Of a stretch of 64,000 bases of DNA, positions 40,560-54,893 are shown in pieces. Source of the DNA: Octopus vulgaris (Eukaryota); the NCBI GenBank assembly GCA_951406725.2, contig OX597834.1, positions 40,300,001 through 40,364,000 of the forward strand. Reading direction: 5' to 3'. The translations under genes were made by a program, and so were the position numbers. The first letter of the stretch is position 1; each line of letters begins with the position of its first letter. A model generated the notes under the pieces. That model made no database searches. It was not told the DNA's origin and worked only from the letters and a program-made list of their open reading frames with translations.

Positions 40560-41830
40560 GCATTAGCAAGCTGTTTCCAAGTCTCAGACTCATGCGTATG
40601 TAATGCTTCTTAGACTTACTTATTTTACATGTATTTACTAAACTTTTCTATAGTTTAACCTTTCTAAACTCTCCCCATTTATGACGAATGCTATACCAGC
40701 TTATTTTAATGTCCACAGATAAGCACATACTTTAGTTATTTTCTATTTTTTTTCTATACACCCTAAGAAAGAAGTATGGTTGAAATATCGCTGCCAAAAT
40801 TTATCTTTCACTATACAGATGTACAGAGTATTCTACCTGATGACAGTGACATCCGGCACATAATAACTTCACCTTGGTATGATTAATTTAAATCGAATGT
40901 GTCTGTGTTCCTGCTTGTTCTGTTTGCCTCGGTTGTTTTAGTTGAATTGCTTATAATTAACTTTTTTATATTGATGGCGGCGGTATAGTTCAGTTTTAAC
41001 TTATTTCTATTGAATAATTTCCTGTAAGAGTGGTTAATGGGGAAATGTTTCTTTGTGACGTCCAGGAAATTGTTTGCTTTATTAGATTGATTTTTTAAAG
41101 AGATAGGACGTGTGAACCAGATAATATTACACCGTATTTTCTTGTTAGAGAGTGATGGTAATTAGGGATATATTTGATTTTATCTTTGTATCCATAAGCT
41201 TTTAGTCCATTGTTCTGCGCAGCTACATCGGCGATTTATTCACTGGTTGATAAGTTACAGATTCTTCTACTGATATCAATGATTACGTTTTAGAAACCTA
41301 AGGGAAGATGGCGGAAATTTGCATCAACGTCTGTTGAATTTTATAATCAGACTTATTTTATAGGTTATATTTATCTATGCAAGGTTGGGGGTAACATTTA
41401 AAATATTTACAGTTCATAACTTAAGAGTTATTGTTATTTTCAGGCTGAAATTGTTAACAGTATTGATTAAAATTTTCCTATACTTAACCAATCTTTTGGC
41501 ATAATGTCATACACCCAACCAGACATCTTTATATACGCCAAATCCTGTGATATTGAATATATTTTTTTAATGAGCCAGGTGGCTAATTGCGACGACAGTG
41601 ATTTTTCAATTATTAGCTTCCTAATCAGTACTAACAGATTTGGTTTCATCATGCATCCGGAAGTGGGTAAATGCTACTGACGAATCTCAAAGATGCAGAA
41701 ATGGGCACCTAGCATTTTACAACACTGCTACTGAATGATTTTCGTTTGCTTCTCTTATATTTTTGTATCATTAAACACAGCACGTCCATAAAGGATATTA
41801 TCCTTGAACGAATACCGCAGTTAATATGCC
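40560..41830 (-). pseudogene. Decayed Penelope-like retroelement ORF (RT C-terminal part, linker, GIY-YIG endonuclease)
   Basis: Ordered minus-strand motifs: GFGVYKDV (~41545-41522), VNILNVT, KIRCNIIWFTRP, FLDVTKKHFPINHSYRKLFNRNKLKLNYT, YQGEV, YICIVKDKFWQRYFNHT. Many stops and frameshifts. Confidence 0.8.
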
Positions 41831-41860
41831 TTTTCCAATGTATCTGCATTAAATATGCTG

Positions 41861-41897
<37 letters not shown>

Positions 41898-42042
41898 ATA
41901 TATATAGTGAGAGAGAGAGAGAGAGAGAGAGTTGGCTGATGAAGTGAGATATAGTGTGAGGGAGGCGAGTAAGATAATTGGAGTTGCGAAACGTATGCTG
42001 AGAGATAAAAGGTTAAAAGTTGAGTTTAAAAGCGAAAAGAGT

Positions 42043-42077
<35 letters not shown>

Positions 42078-42249
42078 GCACACACATATACATATATAGT
42101 AGAAGAAGAAAAGTCCAAGGTGAGCCGCGCTAATATAACGACGTCACTATATATAGATGCAGAGATAGAAGTACGGAAAAGGTACAATTTGAGTACTGTA
42201 TGTGTTATACAAAATAAAGAGAAATTCAAAGTATTTTCATTAAACTCAC

Positions 42250-42470
42250 TGTGTGTGTGTCATAGTGGATCGATTCCAATTTGTCGGGAAATTTTTTGAT
42301 GATAATGTCAACGAGGAAAATTCTGATGTTATCAGAAAAAGTCTGACGTCATCTTCAAATGGATCGTCTGCTTGCTGTCTGCTCACATACGGCATCAAAT
42401 TTTTCACTAAGTTCCAAGCCACTGCACGCAGTCGTGCGAGGAAGCTCTGTTGCTTGAGTACAGCTGACAT
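42250..42470 (-). CDS. Candidate upstream exon ORF MSAVLKQQSFLARLRAVAWNLVKNLMPY..., unknown function
   Basis: A 74-codon non-repetitive frame ends at a GTGAGT donor; possible acceptor TTATTACAG near 42548. No homology recognised. Confidence 0.3.
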
Positions 42471-43399
42471 GGGTAGAATATAAAACGAGCAAGCAAGTAA
42501 ATTATTAGTAGATTTATAAACGCAAATCACTGTATTGTAATAGTGACCTGTAATAAGTTAACTTTTAACGATAATGGCGTAAGAAGTAAAGGAATACGGA
42601 AAAATATTATCACATTTTTTCTTTACTTCGGTATTACGACGACATCAATGAGTTTTAACCGTCCCGAATTACATTTTAGATTTCAGTTAATTTACCGTTT
42701 AAAATCATACAGGGTACATTGAGTAGCCTAAAACTACTATAGAAGAAGACACTTGCCCAAGGTGTCGCGCAGTGGGACTGAACCCGGAACCATGTGGTTG
42801 GTAAGCAAGTTACTTACCACACAGCCACTCCTACACCTATCAATCTGTCTACAAACTTCTCTCTTTCTCTCTCTCTCTCTGTCCAATCACACACACACAC
42901 AAACACACACACACGCACACAGACACGCACACACACGCACACACGCACACACACATACACACACGCACACAGACACACACACATACACACACGCACACAG
43001 ACACGCACACACACGCACACACACACACACAGACACGGACACGCGCAAATGTTCACATACACACACATTGAATCGTATAAGCCAAAATAACCACACACAC
43101 ACACAAAAAAAACAACAACAAACAATAACAACAAAGCGCTCTATTTAATCTTTATGAAAATTACACAGTAATTATGAGATGAAAAAATATACGGCAATCT
43201 TTCTTCTTTCATAAAAAGATGGAAAAACGCTTTTCTGCCAGAATTTTTCCTGTTAAGACATCAACATTTCTCTAAAATTACCATCAATCTCTGGCAATAT
43301 TGGAATTGGTATAAATGTGTTTCACTAATATATCGTTTCACCAAAACAAAAACAAAAAGAAAAAATACTGTGCCAGAAAATATTGTGGCCTCTGGTGAT

Positions 43400-44015
<616 letters not shown>

Positions 44016-44363
44016 TCATAATAAAAAAACAAAGGAAGGAATTATAAAGATGTTACTGACTGAATATTTTTGCAAGTTTCACCTCTCAAAAGAATTATTA
44101 TCGGCTGCGAAGGAAGTAATTTGGTAACAGGGAGGCGACGACGACGACGACGACGACGACAACTGTTTCCTTCTTTCTTTTTCTTCTTTTTTCTTCCTTC
44201 CTTCCTTTCTTCCTCCCTTTCTTCCTGCCTCCCTACCTGCATTCTATAACCAGACTTATGACCGTGGAACCGTAATTACTGTCATGTTGGCCAAAAGAAA
44301 TCTTGTCTAACAGTCCTTCTGTCTGTATGTCTGTCTGTCTGTTTCCGTCTGTTTGTCTGTCTA

Positions 44364-44423
<60 letters not shown>

Positions 44424-44455
44424 TGTCTGTCTGTTTCCGTCTGTTTGTCTGTCTA

Positions 44456-44513
<58 letters not shown>

Positions 44514-44516
<3 letters not shown>

Positions 44517-44695
44517 AGAATTCACAAAAAAATTTTAAAAAGACCAAGACACGTGGTGTAGACAACAAACAGATGTATTAGTTTAACGCTCGGGAAGTGA
44601 AAAAGTCTTTAACGTTTCGAGCCTACGCTCTTCCACAGAAAGGAACACAGAATTAAACAAGGGGAGAAAACAAAGAATGTATAGTGGCTAGCGAT
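44514..44695 (-). mobile_element. Hammerhead-variant mini-element P1, diverged subfamily
   Basis: CTTT-CTGTGGA-A-GAGC-GTAG-GCTC-GAAAC-GTT-AAAG at 44607-44642. Confidence 0.7.
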
Positions 44696-45234
44696 ATATA
44701 TGTATGTATGCATGTATGTATGTATGTATGTATGTATGTATGTATGTATGTATGTATGTATGTATGTATGTATGTATGTGTGTGTGTCTTTGTGTCTGTT
44801 TGTCCCTCACCACCACCTGGCAACCGGTGTTGGTGTGTTTACGTCCCCGTAATATAGCGGTTCGAGCAAAAGAAACAAAAAACCCGACAGAGTAAGTACC
44901 AGGCTTTAAAATGAATAAGTAACCGCAGTCGACTATTCGTTCGTCTAAAAAAAATTCTTCAACATAGTACCCCAGCATGGCCGCCCTCCAGTGATTGAAA
45001 CGGGTTAAAGATATACAGGAAAAATTGTCATTGTTATGATAAATGATCTCCAGTTAATTTGGCGATCGTTTCAGAGCATCTGCAGGGAATTGCCCAATAT
45101 TCTATCTGTTGGCAATGTCTGGGAGGAATGTCTGTGATGTCTGCTAGAGTGGAAACAATCCATTTATCTCTTGTATTCGCTCTGACAAACTTGATTCTAC
45201 TGATTCTTTCTGTCATTATCGAAAGAAGCGAATC

Positions 45235-45298
<64 letters not shown>

Positions 45299-45310
45299 AA
45301 TGTGTACATA

Positions 45311-45352
<42 letters not shown>

Positions 45353-45452
45353 TATAGATATATAGATATAGATATAGATATACATTCGTGTACGTATATA
45401 TATATATATATATATATATATCCACACACACACATATATATATGTATATGTA

Positions 45453-45507
<55 letters not shown>

Positions 45508-45784
45508 GTATATATACACACATATATATGTATATATATGTATATATACATATATGTATATATACATATATGTATATGTGTATATATATACGTATGTCTG
45601 CATATACGTATGTCTGTATATAGTTGTCCTGATGTTACGGTTGGTTTCAGTGATGTAATAGGATATTAGTGGTGGTGGTGGTGGTGGTGGTGGTGGTGGT
45701 TGTGGTGGTAGAAGTAGTGTTGACGGTTGAGGTTGTTGGGAAGATGTTAGAGGCGTGGTGATGGTGGTAGTGATGGTAGCGGTG

Positions 45785-45816
<32 letters not shown>

Positions 45817-45882
45817 AGTTGTAAGGGTGTATGAGTTGATAGAGTTAGGGTAACGATGTCAACCAGCTGTGACTCAACACAC

Positions 45883-45919
<37 letters not shown>

Positions 45920-45989
45920 CCAGCCATTGAATGGACTTCTACGCAGTTGCACCACCTGCTCTTTCTACGCAGTTGCACCATCTACAGCA

Positions 45990-47050
45990 AGGTGCTGCAT
46001 TCTGCCGCAACACATATGGCTTTCCAGCAGCAAACCCTCTCCAGCCAGGGTTGACCACAGTCGACAACCGATTCACAAGGCTGTCTGAATTTGAGCCTAA
46101 AAGTCCCTGTTCAGAAATGTGGGTCAGCATGGTGCCACCCTCACCCGAGTCACACCGAAAGGCCGTCGTAGTTTGGAGGAACTTGGTTTACATGATCTCC
46201 ATGCCATGCCGTAGTGGAGGCGCGTGGTTTAGTGGTCAGGGTGTCAGCATCATGATCGTAAGATTGTGGTTTCCATTCCTGAACCGGGCGACGCGTTGCC
46301 TTCTTGAGCAAAACACTTCATTTCACGTTGCTCCAGTTCACTCAGCTGGCAAAAATGAGTAACGCTGCGATGGACTGGCGCCCCATCCAGCTGGGGAACA
46401 CATACGCCATAGAAACCGGGAAACCATGAGCCTGGCTAGGCTTTAAAATGGGCGCATTTATTTGCAGGCGCAATGGCCCGGTGGTTAGGGCAGCGAACTC
46501 GCGGTCGGAAGATCGCGGTTTCGATTCCCAGACCGGGCGTTGTGTGTGTTTATCGAGCGAAAACACCTAAAGCTCCACGGGGCTCCGGCAGGGGTGGTGG
46601 TGGCGATACTTGTTGTACTCTCTCGCCCCAACTTTCTCTCACTCTTTCTTCTTGTTTCTTGTGTAACGCTGCGATGGACTGGCGTCCCGTCCAGCTGGGG
46701 GTAACACATGCGCCATAGAAACCGAAAACCGGGCCCATGAGGCTGGCTAGGCTTTAAAAAGGGCGCATAAATAAAATAAGTGCCATGCCGTACAGTTTTT
46801 ACAGTGTTCATAGAACATTGAGCAGCAGTTAGTATTTTGTTGGTATTCTGAGACTCGGTGCGAATCAGGATAGAAATAACTCTTTTCCAATATTCCGATG
46901 GCTTCCAGTGCTCCGCGTCAGCTAAGTTTTTCTCGAGTACATTTTTAATGTATTCGCTCTCCAACACCGTCGACTCTTTACCAATACACCGAGCTGTTCC
47001 TGAAGAAAAAAAAAAAGATAAAATAGTCGTCAACTTTAGTGCGAGCACCG
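45990..47050 (-). pseudogene. Internally deleted Tc1/mariner-type transposase remnant, interrupted by SINEs
   Basis: HTH-like ..KILTAAQCSMNTVKTVRH and VNPGWRGFAAGKPYVLRQNAAPC (cf. PYVFQQDSAPAH). Confidence 0.6.
46214..46780 (+). mobile_element. SINE C heterodimer (H1+T2, then H2+T2) within one 12-bp TSD
   Basis: TGCCATGCCGTA at 46202-46213 and 46781-46792. Confidence 0.88.
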
Positions 47051-47071
47051 TGTGTGTGTGCGTGTGCGTGC

Positions 47072-47112
<41 letters not shown>

Positions 47113-47194
47113 CATACATAAATATATATACATATATATATGCACAAACATATATTCATATATATATATATATACATATATGCACAATCATATA

Positions 47195-47254
<60 letters not shown>

Positions 47255-47633
47255 TATATATATATATGTATATATATGTATATATATACATATATATGCA
47301 CGCATATATACATATACATATACATATATACATATATATATATATATACATACATACATACATACATATACACATATATACATACATATCTATATGTGTG
47401 TGAGTGTTTGTGTGTATGTATAGGTGTGTGTAGTAAAAAAAAAACAAGCGGATAGTATAAAACATAACTATACGTCTTTCAATAAGAATGATTTAATTCA
47501 AAAACGAGTAACCTTTCGTAAGTTCGTACAATAATCTACGAGTCATTCCTTTGGGTGATATTAGTAAAATAGATTGTGTAACATTCTTGGTGGATTATGA
47601 TACGAATTTTTGTAATGTCACCTAACAAATTCT

Positions 47634-48484
47634 TTTCTACTCTAGGCACAAGGTTCGAAATGTTTGGGGAGGGGGCCGGCCGATATGATTGACCCCAGTA
47701 AGCAACTGGTACTTAATTTACCGGCGGCGAGCTGGCAGAATCGTTCGCACGCCGGGCGAAATGCTTAGCGGTATTTCAGCTGCCGTTACGTTGTAAGTTC
47801 AAATTCCGCCGAGGTCGACTTTGCCTTTCATCCTTTCGGGGTCGATAAATTAAGTACCAGTTACGCACTGGGGTCGATGTAATCGACTTAATACCTATGT
47901 CTGTCCTTGTTTGTCCCCTCTATGTTTAGCCCCTTGTGGGTAATAAAGAAATAAATAGGTATTTCGGCTGCTGTAACGTTGTGAGTTCAAATTCCGCCAA
48001 GGTCGACTTTGCCTTTCATCCTTTCGGGGTCGATAAATTAAGCACCAGTTACGCACTGGGGTCGATGTAATCGACTTAATACCTATGTTTTGTCCCCTCT
48101 ATGTTTAGCCCCTTGTGAGTAATAAAGAAATAGGTACTTAATTTACCGACCCCGAAAGGATGAAAGGCAAAGTCGACCTCGGCGGAATTTGAACTCAGCA
48201 CATGAAGATAGACGAAATATCGCGAAGCATTTCGCCCGGCGTCTAACGTTTCTTATTTCTTTACTACCCACAAGAGGCTAAACATAGAGGGGACAAACAA
48301 GGACAGACAAATGGATTAAGTCGATTACATCGACCCCAGTGCGTAACTGGTAATTAATATATCGACCCCGAAAGGATGAAAGGCAAAGTCGACCTCGGCG
48401 GAATTTGAACTCAGAACGTAACAGCAGACGAAATACTGCTAAGCATTTCGCCCAGCGCGCTAACGTGTCTGCCAGCTCGCCGCC
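47634..48484. mobile_element. Nested SINE A complex: an A2 dimer (+, 47724-48132) inside a minus-strand A1, which is joined to a minus-strand A2 (48254-48484)
   Basis: 16-bp TSD GGTACTTAATTTACCG at 47708-47723 and 48133-48148. Confidence 0.92.
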
Positions 48485-48914
48485 GTTAATGTCACCGAAT
48501 AAATTATGCAATCGACTCGTATTTGATGTAAACTTTGCTACTGAAACAGGTGTAGTGATGTATTAAGCTACAATTATTTTTGCTTATTAAGTATTAAAAC
48601 GCGTAAGATGTAACAAAACATGCATTTGATACACACGTGGGCGTGCAGTATTCCTGCATTCAGTGAATCACTTTTTAACCCAATATGGACAACTTAATTA
48701 ACCATTTCAGCTAATTACCTGAAATTTTCCCGAGTTATCCGATCGGCCAAAATGGCGTGGAGGTACTTCCTTGTCAATTTGCTTTAATCTTATCCGCTCT
48801 CCCCTGTCCCTCTGTTTTACTATATATATATATATATATATATCAGATAAACTTACTTGGAAACACACACACACATACGCTCATATACATACATATATAT
48901 ATACATATATATAT

Positions 48915-49085
48915 AGTAAATCCACAAAAAGAAAACGAAGAATAAACACAAAAAACACTGGGAAGGAAAGAAAGATGCTTTAACGTTTCGAGCAATGCTC
49001 TTCTTCAGAAACAGAGTAGAGTCCAATAGAAAAGGAAGACAGAAGAAAAAAATCGGCAACGATTCAGATGTGGTTACATTTTGAA
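48915..49085 (-). mobile_element. Mini-element P2 with a minimal hammerhead core
   Basis: TTT-CTGAAGA-A-GAGC-ATT-GCTC-GAAAC-GTT-AAA at ~48979-49011; flanked by TA repeats. Confidence 0.7.
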
Positions 49086-49088
49086 ATG

Positions 49089-49142
<54 letters not shown>

Positions 49143-49454
49143 AATAGAAATGTATATTTACAAGATTAAGCTCAAGTACAATTTGAACAATTACTTAAGT
49201 ATAATTTCTTGGAGACAATTTTCGCTAAAACTATCAGTTAGACTGCAAGTTCTTCAGAACATCGCCAATAATCGAGAATAACTTTCTGTTTAATCTCACG
49301 AAAGCCATAGACTTTAGCTCCTAAAATCCATACTTTAATCCGCACCAGCCACAGACCAACAGATGCCGACGCTTTTCAATCTACACCACCCACTGTCGCA
49401 AAGATATTGACAATTTACCAGACGTTACCTAGTGTTTCGCAGATATCGACCACT

Positions 49455-49577
<123 letters not shown>

Positions 49578-49759
49578 ATGTGTTTAAATGTATATAGATT
49601 ACGAGAATTCTTATGGCTATTCCCATAACGGTAATTTCTTTTGACATTTTCTGAAGTCCGACCGTTCTGTGACTACTTGGTGCGAAAATGTGTTTTTAAG
49701 AAACATGCCTAATTTCGTCTTTGGGATGATTCACAGTCTAAAGAAAGGAAGATGTGTGT

Positions 49760-49790
<31 letters not shown>

Positions 49791-50154
49791 CGTGCTTATG
49801 AGCGCACGCGTGTATATGTATCAGTATATACATAGATATATACATATAAATTTATTAATACACGTGATATATATTTATAAATGCGTGTGTGTTTGTGCGT
49901 ATATATATACACATATTTACATGAGAGATTGAGATGGAAATGCATATATATATATGTGTATACACATATATATATATATGATATGCATATATGTATTCTA
50001 TACATATATATATGTATATATATATCCACACACACACATATGCATATCTATATTTCTAGATATCTCTCCCCCTCTCTCTCCCTATCTATACATACATATA
50101 TATATTTGTATGTATATATATATATTTGTATATAGATATATATATATATATTTG

Positions 50155-50203
<49 letters not shown>

Positions 50204-50721
50204 TATATATATGCATATATATACATTTATATATATATGTATATGTATACGTATATATATATATTTATGTATATACGTACGTATATATGTATATACGTAC
50301 GTATATATATATAGATATACGTATATATATATAAATATGTATTTGTATGTATGCATGTATGTATGTAGGCATTTGTTGTGTAAGTCCTGTGTACTCGTTC
50401 GCATTGAGAACGTCATGTGCTGCAATTGCGGTCGGCGAGAAGTGCTGGGAGTGCATTTATACCCGTTGATGCAATACAGTGTTAAGTGTCACAACCTTCT
50501 GACGTCTGCCTTGTCTCCGGTGATTGATTGCATCAGGTATTTGGCGATGTGTATGTGTGTGTATGTGTATATGTGTATGTGTGTATGTGTCGTATGTACG
50601 GACATGTGCGTGTGTATATGTGTGTACGTATTAGTGTATATGCGTGTATGAGTATGTGTGCATATATATCTGTACATATGTACGTGAATACACACATATA
50701 TATATATATATATATGTATAC

Positions 50722-50756
<35 letters not shown>

Positions 50757-51023
50757 CACCTCCCCCCCACACACACATACACATACCTACGCACACACTT
50801 ATACCTGCACAGTTAAATACACATAAATACGCACGCATACATGCACACATGCGCCCACAGCACACGCACACATATACCTGCATACATTGATACATACACA
50901 TACACACATACATTCATACATATATACATACATACAGACTGACAGACACAGACACACACACACACACACGTGCGCGCACACGTACACAAACACACACATA
51001 TGTATATTCACGCACATATTTAA

Positions 51024-51437
51024 GGCGGCAAGCTGGCAGAATGGTTAGCACGCCGGGCAAAACGCTTTGCGGTATTTCGTCTGCCGCTACGTTCTGAGTT
51101 CAAATTCCGCCGAGGTCGACTTTACCTTTCATCCTTTCTGGGTCGATTAAATAAGTACCAGTTACGCACTGGGGTCGATATAATCGACTTAATCCGTTTG
51201 TCTGTCCTTGTTTGTCCCCTCTGTGTTTAGCCCCTTGTGGGTAGTAAAGAAGTAGGTATTTCGTCTCTCGCTACGTTCTGAGTTCAAATTCCGCCGAGGT
51301 CGACTTTGCCTTTCATCCTTTCGTGGTCAATTAAATAAGTACCAGTTACGCACTGGGGTCGATATAATCGACTTAATCCCTTTGTCTATCCTTGTTTATC
51401 CTCTCTGTATGTAGCCCCTTGTGGGTAGTAAAGAAAT
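51024..51437 (+). mobile_element. SINE A2 dimer with TSD
   Basis: ATGTATATTCAC(G/A)CACA at 51000-51016 and 51436-51452; internal restart at GGTATTTCG (~51255). Confidence 0.9.
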
Positions 51438-53609
51438 GTATATTCACACACACCTACACACAAATGTACACATACATATATACACACACAGCCATGGTGG
51501 ACGTGTGCGGGTGAAATGCAAAAGTGCATCAGTGTCTAATAAAGGTGAGAGTGAGAGGACACAGCTTCGTGCTTCTCTTGTGTGGCCAGATCGATCAATC
51601 AATCAATCGAACCAGCATTTATTGATTCTGAAGCAGAAAAGACTTGCTTAGTGGAAGAAGCCATGTTGGACGTGCAAACGGCAATAAGAATTACGCGAAG
51701 CAGATGCTGCTGCTGCTGCTGCTGCTGCTACTGACTGTGTGTGTGTATGTGTGTGTATTTGTGTGTGTTTGTGTGTTTGTGTGTGTGTGTGTATGTGTGT
51801 GTGTGTGTGTGTGTATGTGTGTGTATTTGTGCGTGTGTATGTATGTGTGTGTTTGGGTGCGTATATGTATGTGTGTGTTTGGGTGCGTATATGGGTGTGT
51901 GTTTGTGTGTTTGTGTGTCTGTGTGTGTATGCGTATGTTTGTGTGTGTGCATGTGTGTGTGTCTGTGTGTGCGTATGTGTGTGTGTGTGTGTGTGTATGT
52001 ATGTGTGTGTGTGTTTGTTTGTGCGTATGTATGTGTGTGTATGTATGTGTGTGTGTTTGAGTGTGTGTATGTGTGTGTGTTTGTGTATGTGTGTGTATGT
52101 GTGTGTATTTGAGTGTGTGTATATTTGTGTGTTTGTGTTTGTGTGTTTGTGTGTGTGTGTGTTTGTGTTTGTGTGTGTATGTGCGTGTGTGTGTGTTGGC
52201 TAGCTGCAGGAACGGTATAGAACAAGGTGTAACAGAAGGCTGATCGTGTCAGCGTGACCATTGGCTGTTCATAACAACTCTCTCTTTCTCTCTCTCGCTT
52301 GCTCTCCAAACACATACATATTACACACACATGCACACACACACGCACTACACACACACACACACACACACATATGTATATATGTCCGTGAAGGCGCATG
52401 GCTTAGTGGCTAGAGTATTTGGCTCACGATCGCGATGTCATGAGTTCGATTCCTAGCGGTGTGTTTTCCTAAGCCCGTGTAAAAGAAATCGAAACTTGTG
52501 CCCCCAGCTAGGCTTCGCACGACACCCCTTAAAGCCAGGAATTTCTTAACACCCACTCTATATTATATCATACATACATACATACATACATACAAATAAA
52601 CTGGCCCTCCGTCGGTTACGACGATGACGGTTCCAATTGAGCCGATCAGCGGAACATCCTGCTCATGAGATTAACGTGCAAGTGGCTGAGTACTCCACAG
52701 GCGTAGTTGTCAGGGGCATTCAGCGTGGCACAGTGTGACAAGACTGGCCCTTTGAAATATAGGTACTCCCTTTTGCCAGCTGAGTGGACTGGAGCAATGT
52801 GAAAATAAAGTGTTAATCTTTTTCCAGTGACTGCTACTGTTTAAATCTCGCTCGGAGGATTGTTATTGCTTGTTTCTCCTTTTTCCAGATCAGCGATAGT
52901 TTGTCACTGGAAAAAACACAGTATTTTGCGTTTGGAAAGAGTTTTCCTCGCTAGCTGGTGATTGTCACACGCTGATGACGGGTTACTACGCAGAAACCCG
53001 GGTCTGTGTGTATCACGTAAGGCTAGGGAAGGGAACGGTGATTTCCCTTCGCAAATGCAAATCGGACACAGACAGTGTGTCATTAGCCAGCTGAAGGAGA
53101 TGTCTAACGATACACTGTATCGTTATGTGTATCGTTACGCTGAGATCGGAAAAAAATATCTTAATCTTCTGATTTAAAAAAAAAATATGCTGTGTTTGCT
53201 CCACACTCCCAATATCACTTGACAACCGATGCTGGTGTGTTTACGTCCCTGTAATAGAGCAGTTCGGCAAGAGACCGAAACAATAAGTACCAGGCTTACG
53301 AAGAATAAGTCCCGAGGTCGATTTGTTCGACAAAAGGCGGTGCTCCAGCATGACCGCAATCAAATGACTGAAACAAGTAAAAGAATAAAAGAATAAATAT
53401 ATATATTTACTGAGAGGGTGAAGGAGGTGTGTAGGTGCGAAGATAAAGATACACACGCGCATAAATACAGAAACGTGTGTAGTATGTCTGCATGTATGTA
53501 TGTATGTATGTTTTTTTGTGTATATGTGTATATGTGTATAAATGTATGTACATATATTTATATATATATACATGTGTGTAAGTGTATATATGTGTGTATA
53601 TATATATAT

Positions 53610-53752
53610 GAATTTTTTGTGTAATGAGATAAAAAAAACTAAGGCTGTATAGATATTAGAGCATTTATAGATAGAAGGTCTTACAGCTGTTTCTAGGATA
53701 TTAATTAATAATAATATCCCTTCATCGGAGATGGTGTGAGAGGAAAATTAAG

Positions 53753-53755
<3 letters not shown>
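53610..53755 (-). mobile_element. Penelope pLTR-like fragment with degenerate hammerhead
   Basis: CCGATGA-AGGGATATTA..TAATATCCTA-GAAAC-AGCT-GTA at 53682-53728. Confidence 0.6.
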
Positions 53756-53805
<50 letters not shown>

Positions 53806-53813
53806 CTGAGTGT

Positions 53814-53871
<58 letters not shown>

Positions 53872-53894
53872 GGGAGAGAGGAGGGTGAGAGAGA

Positions 53895-53937
<43 letters not shown>

Positions 53938-54227
53938 GAAAAGGATATATAGATAGAAAGAAGTTATTCGATTATCAAATATATTGCACTATAAAATTAT
54001 TGTTGCTGATAATCAATATCGGCTCAAAAAAATGGCTGAGACTGCGTTACGGTATTACAATATTACTGATCAAAGAAGAAGCCAAAAAAAAAAAAGTCAA
54101 CTGATAATTGTACACAAATATTGAAATATTAGAATTAATCAGCCTGTTAAAATATTAATATTCTGAACCTCCATTTTTCCTCCTTTCAGATTTTGTAAAA
54201 TAATTTAGTACCAGAAATATGCTGGTT

Positions 54228-54482
54228 TCAAAAGCTCGCAGAATCGTTAGCACACTGGGCGAAATGCATAGTGGTATTTCGTCTGCCGCTACGTTCTAAG
54301 TTCAAATTCTGCCGAGGCCGACTTTGCCTTTCATCCTTTCGGGGTCGATAAATTAAGTACCAGTTGAGTACTGGGGTCAATGTGATCGGCTGTCCCCTTC
54401 CCACAAAATCCAGGCCTTGTGCCTATAGCAGAAAGGATTATTATTATTGTTGTTGTTGTTGTTGTTATTATTATTATCATCA

Positions 54483-54532
<50 letters not shown>

Positions 54533-54848
54533 GAGTGAGAGAGCAGTTCATGCCATCAAAGTGACACTGGGGTAGAGATGAACTATTCAAACCCCAAAGA
54601 ATCCCTCTCAACACATGGCTATGATGCTCCCCCACTACTTTTGCTCGTGATCAGAGATGCACATATCGTCAGCCACTAAGGGACATGCTCAACTGGTTAA
54701 GGTCAAACAACTGACAAGCAAGTCTGTGGTATTGAGCAGAATATTTGCTGTAGCCCATCTTTTATACCAATTTGCTGTAGCCCATCTTTTATACCAGTTT
54801 GCTGTAGCCCATCTTTTATACCAATTTGCTGTAGCCCATCTTTTATAC

Positions 54849-54893
<45 letters not shown>

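Noticed and set aside
44237-44278. Possible 42-nt minus-strand exon (also an acceptor-like site at 25321 and donor-like sites at 3319 and 11592)
   Set aside because: The splice signals are weak or unpaired and no recognisable peptide results.
45931-46362. 143-aa plus-strand ORF
   Set aside because: It is the antisense of the transposase remnant running into a SINE.
46465-46535. tRNA genes at SINE heads
   Set aside because: A/B-box-like motifs are present, but I could not support a full cloverleaf and the sequences continue into SINE bodies.
54744-54850. CRISPR-like 27-bp repeats
   Set aside because: The repeats are contiguous with no spacers and no cas genes; they are part of element D in eukaryotic DNA.
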